Positions 58,088-64,000 of a stretch of DNA of 64,000 nucleotides are shown piece by piece. The DNA lies in contig CAWENF010000020.1 in the NCBI GenBank assembly GCA_963810275.1, positions 69,970-133,969 on the forward strand, in the 5' to 3' direction. A program made the translations under genes and the position numbers. Source of the stretch: an uncultured archaeon (GTDB lineage Archaea > Thermoproteota > Bathyarchaeia > Bathyarchaeales > Bathycorpusculaceae). Numbering within the stretch: the first letter of the stretch is position 1; the number at the start of each line of letters is the position of its first letter. The notes beneath the pieces are model-generated. The model saw only the letters and a list, made by a program, of their open reading frames with translations. It did no database searches and was not told the origin of the DNA.

Positions 58088-59203
58088 ATGGAGGTTTATG
58101 TTTTGAATACACCCCTTTTAGATAACATTGGTAATATTCGTGCAGTGGATAAAAGCGGAATGATTGACTTTTGCATTGAAGCGCCCAAACATTACAGATT
58201 AGCTGCGGCTATGGCTGAAGAAATTAAAGCATCGTATCCAGTTCCGGACAACATTATTGTGACGGGAATGGGTGGCTCAGCCATCGGCGGCGAGTTACTA
58301 AAGGACTGGGCAAGAAATAAACTAATTGTACCTGTTGAAGTTAGCCGAGAGTACTACCTACCCGAGTATGCTGACCATAAAACGCTTGTGTTTGTTTCAA
58401 GTTACAGCGGGGACACAGAGGAGTCTTTGAGCTCGTTTTTGGACGCGATCAAAAGGGGATGCATGATTTTTTGCATTAGCAGCGGCGGTGAACTCATTAA
58501 AGCTGCAAAAAAACACAATATACCTTACCTGCAGGTTCCCTCTGGGATGCCGCCCCGCGCAGCATTGCCCTATATGCTTGTTCCGCTGTTTGTGTACATG
58601 GAAAAAGCAGGGTTAGCTATAGGCGTAAAAGAGGAATTGGACGAAGCCTTCAGGGTTATTGAAAAAATAGTTGAAGAAAACGGTCCAGAGACACGTTTGA
58701 GCGAAAACCTTGCTAAAAGTACGGCGCACTTTATGTGGGAGGCAACTCCAGTCGTTTACGGGCATGGGTTTTACCGCAGCGTTGCACAACGTTTCAAACA
58801 ACAATTCAACGAAAACAGCAAATCTCCTGCCAAATGGGAGTACTTCTCTGAGTTGGACCATAACGAAATTGTAGGGTGGTCAGGCAAAGGCGAACAGTGC
58901 AAGTGGTTTAGCGTTATTTTTATACGTGACGCTGATGAAACCGGAGAAATCGAGAGCCGAATCGACATTACCAAAGCCATAATTGAAAGCACAGGCATAG
59001 TAACCTTTGAGCTTAATGTGCAGGGAAAAAGCATCATAGCCAAAATGCTCTCAACCATTGTGGTCGGCGATTTTATGAGTGTTTACTTGGCAGTTGAACG
59101 TAACGCTGATCCTTCACCGGTTAAGGTCATTGATTTGCTTAAGAACAAGTTGCAGGAAAACGGGGTACGCGACGAAGTCGTTCGTCAGCTAGAAAAATTT
59201 TAG
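58088..59203 (+). CDS. Bifunctional phosphoglucose/phosphomannose isomerase
   Basis: GMGGSAIGG, SYSGDTEE, PRAA, RFKQQFNENSK, ELDHNE. Confidence 0.95.
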   Translation: MEVYVLNTPLLDNIGNIRAVDKSGMIDFCIEAPKHYRLAAAMAEEIKASYPVPDNIIVTGMGGSAIGGELLKDWARNKLIVPVEVSREYYLPEYADHKTLVFVSSYSGDTEESLSSFLDAIKRGCMIFCISSGGELIKAAKKHNIPYLQVPSGMPPRAALPYMLVPLFVYMEKAGLAIGVKEELDEAFRVIEKIVEENGPETRLSENLAKSTAHFMWEATPVVYGHGFYRSVAQRFKQQFNENSKSPAKWEYFSELDHNEIVGWSGKGEQCKWFSVIFIRDADETGEIESRIDITKAIIESTGIVTFELNVQGKSIIAKMLSTIVVGDFMSVYLAVERNADPSPVKVIDLLKNKLQENGVRDEVVRQLEKF

Positions 59204-59256
59204 CAACCTAATTTTTTCTTTTTAATAAAAAAAGAGGGATATGGAAATTGGGGAAG

Positions 59257-60333
59257 TTAGGAAATGAATTTTTCAAACTCCATCTCTGCCATTTCAAGGG
59301 GCAACATCTTTGGCGGATGCTTGAACCCATAAGCGCATATGGCCTCGATTGCGCCGCCTAAATCTTTGGTTTTCGCAAGCTTCACTGCGCGCACCACATC
59401 AAGCAACACTGAGCCTGCGTTAGGGGCATCTATGGTTTGGAATTTAAGGTCGATTTTCAGGGGGGTGTTGCAAAAGTACACGCCGCTTATGAAGAAGTAG
59501 CTGTCACGCTTATTTTGTAAGAAGTCAACGTAATCGGTTGAGCCTGCAACAATTTCTGTTTTATAGGGCAGGGCAGAGGCGACGGATTGGGTTTTAATGT
59601 TGCGTTTTGCGTCTCGGCTGCGGTCCATAGTGTCCACGGATTCTGTTCCGCCGCCAACGTCAAGCTGGTAGGTTTCGTTTATGTGCACTCCGCTTTCGGA
59701 AAGTAGTTTTAATAGAGTTTTATGCAGTGCAGTTGAGCCGATTTGGTCAACAAGGTCGTCGCCTACGAGAGGTAGGTTTGCGTCCTCGAATTGCGCCGCC
59801 AGCGAGGGCTCAGATGCAACAAAGTTTGGAGTGGCGTTTATGAATGCACAGTTGGCCGCTATAGTTTGTACTGCGTAGAACTGGGTGGCGTTTGTTGCGC
59901 CGCTTGGAAGCAGGTTTATGACGATTTCTGCCCCTGCTTTTAGAAGTACGGAAGCTACGTTTGCGTCTGGTTCTTTGCTGACTTCTATTAGCGCCTTGGT
60001 GGATTCGCCTATGCCATCAAGCAGCGGACCTTTGGAGACTTTAACGCCGCTTGGGGGGATGTCGCAAACTTTTGGGGCGTTGTTTGGTTTAGCGAAAATC
60101 GCTTCTGAGAGGTCTAATCCAACTTTGCGGGCGTCAATGTCAAACGCCGCTACGACTTCGATGTCGGCGGGTGTTAAACCTGCAAGTAGGGGGTTGCGTA
60201 GTCCAAGGGTGTCTTCGGGTTTTGAAGTGTTAGAGTAGTATTGGATGCCTTGGATGAAAGAGGAGGCGCAGTTTCCTACGCCTATTAATGCTACTTTGGT
60301 TTTGTCCATTGTTTTAGGCTCCTTGCTTGGCAT
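59257..60333 (-). CDS. ino1: Inositol-3-phosphate synthase
   Basis: IGVGNCASS, AAFDID..KVG.DLSEAIF, GDD...Q.G.T..H, TYQL..GG, FKHPP. Confidence 0.88.
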   Translation of the reverse strand: MPSKEPKTMDKTKVALIGVGNCASSFIQGIQYYSNTSKPEDTLGLRNPLLAGLTPADIEVVAAFDIDARKVGLDLSEAIFAKPNNAPKVCDIPPSGVKVSKGPLLDGIGESTKALIEVSKEPDANVASVLLKAGAEIVINLLPSGATNATQFYAVQTIAANCAFINATPNFVASEPSLAAQFEDANLPLVGDDLVDQIGSTALHKTLLKLLSESGVHINETYQLDVGGGTESVDTMDRSRDAKRNIKTQSVASALPYKTEIVAGSTDYVDFLQNKRDSYFFISGVYFCNTPLKIDLKFQTIDAPNAGSVLLDVVRAVKLAKTKDLGGAIEAICAYGFKHPPKMLPLEMAEMEFEKFIS

Positions 60334-60638
60334 GGTATTGGGGTGTTGCCGTATAAAAAGCTACGTAGTCGGGTTCAGGTGGGTTTTTGTTAAGTTTTGG
60401 TTGTGAAGAAACGTACTACCACTTCTCTAATGGGGTTGGTTGTGCAGACTGTTTTTGCTTCTGCTTCTGCGTTTAATTGCTTGCCGATTGCCACAAAAGC
60501 TGTTTACTGGCAAACGTATTTTGGCTACTTATCTTCCGCGTTTCCAAGCGGAGTAGACTCTTAAATCCCAATTTCTGCTGCACATAAGAAATGCTTATTA
60601 AACGAGTTGGGATAGAATTCAGAAGCCAGGCAAAAAAT

Positions 60639-60716
60639 GGGCGAGTAGATCAGCCTGGTATGATCGCCACGTTGGCATCGTGGAGGTCGCGGGTTCAAAT
60701 CCCGCCTCGTCCACCA
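60639..60716 (+). tRNA. tRNA-Ala(GGC), CCA encoded
   Basis: GGGCGAG/CUCGUCC acceptor with G3-U70; anticodon arm CCACG-UUGGCAU-CGUGG. Confidence 0.95.
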
Positions 60717-60880
60717 AACAATTTTACTCCATTACTGCCTTGCAGGCGACTTATAGCCAATTTAAGGGCGTTTTCACAGATTTTAGGCGCATTTAACCCC
60801 ATTTCATAGGCTAAATTCGCTAATTCGGGGTTTAATTCAATTGTTGAACTAATTTGAGTTTGCACCACAATGACCTCCAC
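60695..60880 (-). CDS. Small RHH/CcdA-like ORF reading into the tRNA 3' end (possible intN fragment)
   Basis: TIELNPELANLAYEMGLN..KICENALK pattern; antisense overlap with tRNA-Ala. Confidence 0.45.
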   Translation of the reverse strand: MEVIVVQTQISSTIELNPELANLAYEMGLNAPKICENALKLAISRLQGSNGVKLFGGRGGI

Positions 60881-61152
60881 GAATCACACGTGTCCGTTGT
60901 CCGGATGCGCCTTAAGTTCTTGCCCACCGATTTTTCAGATATTGTTTGTATGCCACTTTGGTAGCATTTAGTTTTTTCTTCTTCTGTAAGTTTGAAAATG
61001 TTATCAATAATTTCCACTACTTCAGGTGATGTGTGTTCCGTTCCATTGTTCGGTAATTTGGGTAAAGTTAGAATTATAAATTGGTAGTCGGGGATTTGCA
61101 TAGATATTAGCTGAAGAAGTTTAAATATAAAATTTTGGAGGTTTAGAAACAT
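60832..61152 (-). CDS. Hypothetical protein
   Basis: ORF co-oriented with and directly downstream of 61170-61658. Confidence 0.4.
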   Translation of the reverse strand: MFLNLQNFIFKLLQLISMQIPDYQFIILTLPKLPNNGTEHTSPEVVEIIDNIFKLTEEEKTKCYQSGIQTISEKSVGKNLRRIRTTDTCDSWRSLWCKLKLVQQLN

Positions 61153-61169
61153 GATGAAGAAACTTGTTT

Positions 61170-61658
61170 TTATTTTTTTGCTTGCTTCCCAATCTTGCTA
61201 CCTTTAATCAGCGCAGTTGTTTCTGCTAAATAGATTGGCATTCCTTCGGCATCGTACTTTTTAGTCCTCGAAATTCGAATTGGCACTAATTTTAGTTTTA
61301 TGCTGAAAGCATCGTCAATTTGATATTCATTCCACTTTTGTTGTATAACCTTCGAAACATCTACATCTTCTTCATCGATAGAATTTGCAAGGTCTTCTTT
61401 TGTATAATTCTCGGAAGGTTTGCCTCTTAAATAATCTGGCGAAAATACGCCGAGGACATTTTGACTTTGTATAGACGCCTTAAAACCATCTCCACTTTGT
61501 TTCTTAAGTACATTTGTAATAACAATTTTAGCCCTGAGAATTGAGCCATCTTTAAGCTCAAAGATATTCCAAGGTTCCTCGATGATTTTGTATTCTGCTA
61601 ATAGGATTTCGTTTACATGTGTGTTATCTTCTAATCCTGCGATACTATCCGATACCAT
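61170..61658 (-). CDS. Hypothetical protein with an internally duplicated domain
   Basis: EPWNIFELKDGSILRAKIV and QKWNEYQIDDAFSIKLKLV repeats; start overlaps the wHTH stop. Confidence 0.75.
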   Translation of the reverse strand: MVSDSIAGLEDNTHVNEILLAEYKIIEEPWNIFELKDGSILRAKIVITNVLKKQSGDGFKASIQSQNVLGVFSPDYLRGKPSENYTKEDLANSIDEEDVDVSKVIQQKWNEYQIDDAFSIKLKLVPIRISRTKKYDAEGMPIYLAETTALIKGSKIGKQAKK

Positions 61659-62188
61659 TACTCCTCTCCTCCAACTTTTGCAACCTCATATTGAGCAGCG
61701 GAAGCCTTTCCAGGTAATCTTTTACGAATGGGTTTGCTCGTTTGAATCATAGGCATTGATGAATTAACTGTGAAGGATGCATTTGAATAATCAAACGTAA
61801 TATCAGTAATATCAGTAATATCGGTTTGATATTTCCCTGATGTATCATACATTGATTGAATAGGGTGTGGTGGTTTTAATGAATCTATGATATTTTTCCA
61901 TAAATTATCCCCAAATTTTGTTACGCAGTAATATGAAAATTTGTCATTTCCAAGTTGATGCTTGAATTTATGTTCAACCAAAGCACTTTCAGTAAGTTTT
62001 CTTAAATGAAATTGCATTTTTGCTTTTTCATCCTTCATACCGATTTTTTCTCCCAGCTCTGAGAATGAAAGCTCCTCATGATTCCTCAAAGTGAGAAAAA
62101 TGGCTAAACGTATATCGTCATCTAAACCTCTTAATGCCTTCTTTAGCTCAATAGGGACGTTCTTAGCTTCATCTAACAAAATGTTCAA
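61658..62188 (-). CDS. Winged-helix (ArsR-like) transcriptional regulator
   Basis: L..DIRLAIFL.L...LSFSEL...FHLRKL....LV...YYCVTKFG. Confidence 0.82.
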   Translation of the reverse strand: MNILLDEAKNVPIELKKALRGLDDDIRLAIFLTLRNHEELSFSELGEKIGMKDEKAKMQFHLRKLTESALVEHKFKHQLGNDKFSYYCVTKFGDNLWKNIIDSLKPPHPIQSMYDTSGKYQTDITDITDITFDYSNASFTVNSSMPMIQTSKPIRKRLPGKASAAQYEVAKVGGEE

Positions 62189-62277
62189 GCCTCAAATATC
62201 AGGTTAATTTAATTTAACCTATTAAATATTTCTTAACCAAAATCCACTAATTAAAAAACATTTAAGTAAAGGTTGAA

Positions 62278-62788
62278 ATGAGCAGTCCGGATACCGATTT
62301 CTTTAAGCAATTCGAGGAAAAAGAAAAAAATCAAAATATTGATACTGGGACCCTATTCACCGGTAGGGTATAGTGATAAGATGGTTGATATAAAGAACGA
62401 CCTGGCATCAAAAGGTTACCGAAATGCGAAGCTCGTTAAAGATTTTCCTGATAACCCTGCGTTTCATGATGATAAGACTGTTCACATTATTGAAAAAAGC
62501 CAATACTACATCAAATATTGGGCTGACGCACTGGTTTTTGTATTTTTTAAAAACGCATCCAATGAAGGAGTATCGATAGAATTTGAATTCTGCTGCATGA
62601 AAGTGAATGAGAAGTTAAGTTACTCAATTGTTTTCTCTGAATACGAACTTCATCTATCTTCCCTAATTTTAGGTTCAGTTAGATTACATGAGATTAGATC
62701 TGAAACTTTTAGTAACCAACAAGAGCTCTGTGACAAGGCATCGGGATATCTGACTAACTTTATTCATAGACTATATTGGTACATTTAG
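62278..62788 (+). CDS. Nucleoside 2-deoxyribosyltransferase-like (Rossmannoid) protein; frameshift in an A-run near 62325
   Basis: ILILGPY strand, L.SKGY, ADALVFVF...SNEGVSIEF; upstream ATG at 62278 joins with one indel. Confidence 0.5.
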
Positions 62789-62829
62789 TGAAATCCTTTT
62801 TGATCTTATGATTTTCAATCTTTACCGGT

Positions 62830-63528
62830 TTATTCAATACGATCTTTCTTTGCAAGATTATGTCTTGCACATAATAATTGTATGTTCTCTGCGACAAGCG
62901 ATGAACCGCCCTTTGAGTAAGGTATTATCTGGTCGAAATGCAGGTTGTCTTTGCTTCCGCATTTTACGCATTGGCCTTGGTCTCGAATCCATACTGTGTT
63001 TTTTATTGCAGAGGGTATCATGCGGTTGTGATCTAATTGAGAGAGGTCTATCTGGGGTGTTTCGTCAGTTAATTCTAATGTGAATTTGAACACTTTTCTT
63101 GATCTTGGATTATTTGGGTCAGCAGGCTTTTGAAAGGCGTCGGTGAGCTTAAAAATGCCGTTGTATGTCCATAAGCCAGCTCTTAATTTTTCATAGACCT
63201 TTACTAATTCAGGTTTTTCACCTTTCTTGAATCTGACTGCTGCATGGTCAAATTGACCATTCTGAGTCAATGATCTATTGTCGTTAATCATTGGTTGATC
63301 TACAGCTTTTGGGTCAGGGCCGCCACGTCTATTCTGGGCATCATGTCCCTGGTCTATTAGAACTCTGCCGTTCTCCCTCACTTCATCAGCATAAGGTGCG
63401 TCTGGTCGTAAACTCATTAAGATAACGCTTAGTCCATTGTGGTGACGGTAGTTCATGCCTCTTTGCATGCTACTTCCTTCTTCGAGACACATTTGGTTAT
63501 ATGATATTACGTCGCCAACGGTCATCAT
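62830..63528 (-). CDS. SRA-like domain plus HNH endonuclease (modification-dependent restriction type)
   Basis: MQRGMN, PYAD, GHD, VDQP...LTQNG, WTYNGIF, VFKFTL, then RDQGQCVKCG...FDQIIP.SKGG...NIQLLC..HN. Confidence 0.8.
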   Translation of the reverse strand: MMTVGDVISYNQMCLEEGSSMQRGMNYRHHNGLSVILMSLRPDAPYADEVRENGRVLIDQGHDAQNRRGGPDPKAVDQPMINDNRSLTQNGQFDHAAVRFKKGEKPELVKVYEKLRAGLWTYNGIFKLTDAFQKPADPNNPRSRKVFKFTLELTDETPQIDLSQLDHNRMIPSAIKNTVWIRDQGQCVKCGSKDNLHFDQIIPYSKGGSSLVAENIQLLCARHNLAKKDRIE

Positions 63529-63579
63529 TCCCCGAACCTTCTTAGCGGTACTTAATGTAAGCTTTATTTTATAGGCTTT

Positions 63580-64000
63580 TCATAAGGCACGCCATTTATG
63601 TCTACCTTTGGCATCTCTAAGTTCCCAGGGTTTGCCATTTTCATCAAATACTGCAACACACTTCCCCCTTCTTCAGGTTCATCACAACCATTCGGTCGTT
63701 ATCGTAAACCCTAACGTCTTTTCCGTTTATGTGAAAAAACCCCTTGATGCCTGCGCTGACATCAAGTTTTTGCTTTGCATGGGGGAGTATATCTTGACCA
63801 AACGCTAACCTTCCTGTCTGTCTGGGGTTTTTTTAAAAGGCTTTCAGACATTGCTTCGACTATTCTTTTCGCCATAAAAATTTCTTTAACCTGCTCCTCA
63901 CGCTTTTTTCTTTACTGTTTGCAAGGGCTTTAACTAAGTTTGTGAGTATACGTTCTGGGGTATAGAAATGTCCTGGTGATATTTGTTCAATATTATCGAA
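63580..64000 (-). CDS. Hypothetical protein, 3' part only, with a probable frameshift near 63820
   Basis: Open frames SIILNKYHQD...KKPQ then GRLAFGQD...KWRAL-stop; the start lies outside the window. Confidence 0.4.

Larger units (their letters stand above)
60717..64000. mobile_element. Putative genomic island integrated at tRNA-Ala (continues beyond the window)
   Basis: Abrupt shift to AT-richer sequence right after the tRNA 3' end; only hypothetical, regulator and nuclease genes; no integrase catalytic domain or second att site within the window. Confidence 0.6.

Noticed and set aside
60591-60809. 72-aa plus-strand ORF
   Set aside because: Overlaps tRNA-Ala; shadow ORF.
61797-61822. 9-bp tandem repeat GTAATATCA, about three copies
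   Set aside because: In-frame microduplication (DIT x3) in the wHTH tail; no functional evidence.

Overview
Chromosomal segment of a TACK archaeon, most consistent with Bathyarchaeia. Supporting signs are an fwdDBAC operon, a stand-alone 5S rRNA, stand-alone rpl12p, an archaeal class I CCA enzyme, PGI/PMI, DUF1512 next to map, and many apparently leaderless TTG/GTG starts; the assignment is inferred, not searched. From left to right: a Mo/W-cofactor cluster (modA, moaCB, moaE, moaD, moaA, moeA, mop) with a repeated palindromic operator; thpR-cca; uppP; a decayed double-SIS gene; a GH-A-domain surface protein; glmU/glmM; acdB; tRNA-Asp; a GT-C / acyltransferase-3 / SGNH envelope-modification cluster; an ABC-2 exporter; class II HMG-CoA reductase; mobB/mobA/fdhD/fwdCABD; two UbiA prenyltransferases; an eL22-like protein; tRNA-Pro; map; 5S rRNA; trpS; aSelBL; rpl12p with a structured leader; a presenilin-like protease; a SPOUT methyltransferase; pgi/pmi; ino1; tRNA-Ala. 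An AT-richer island follows tRNA-Ala (wHTH regulator, NDT-like protein, SRA-HNH nuclease) and runs off the window. About ten genes, including trpS, carry single-base indels in short A/G runs, which suggests long-read assembly errors, so frameshift-based claims are provisional. No CRISPR array or intact IS element was seen.
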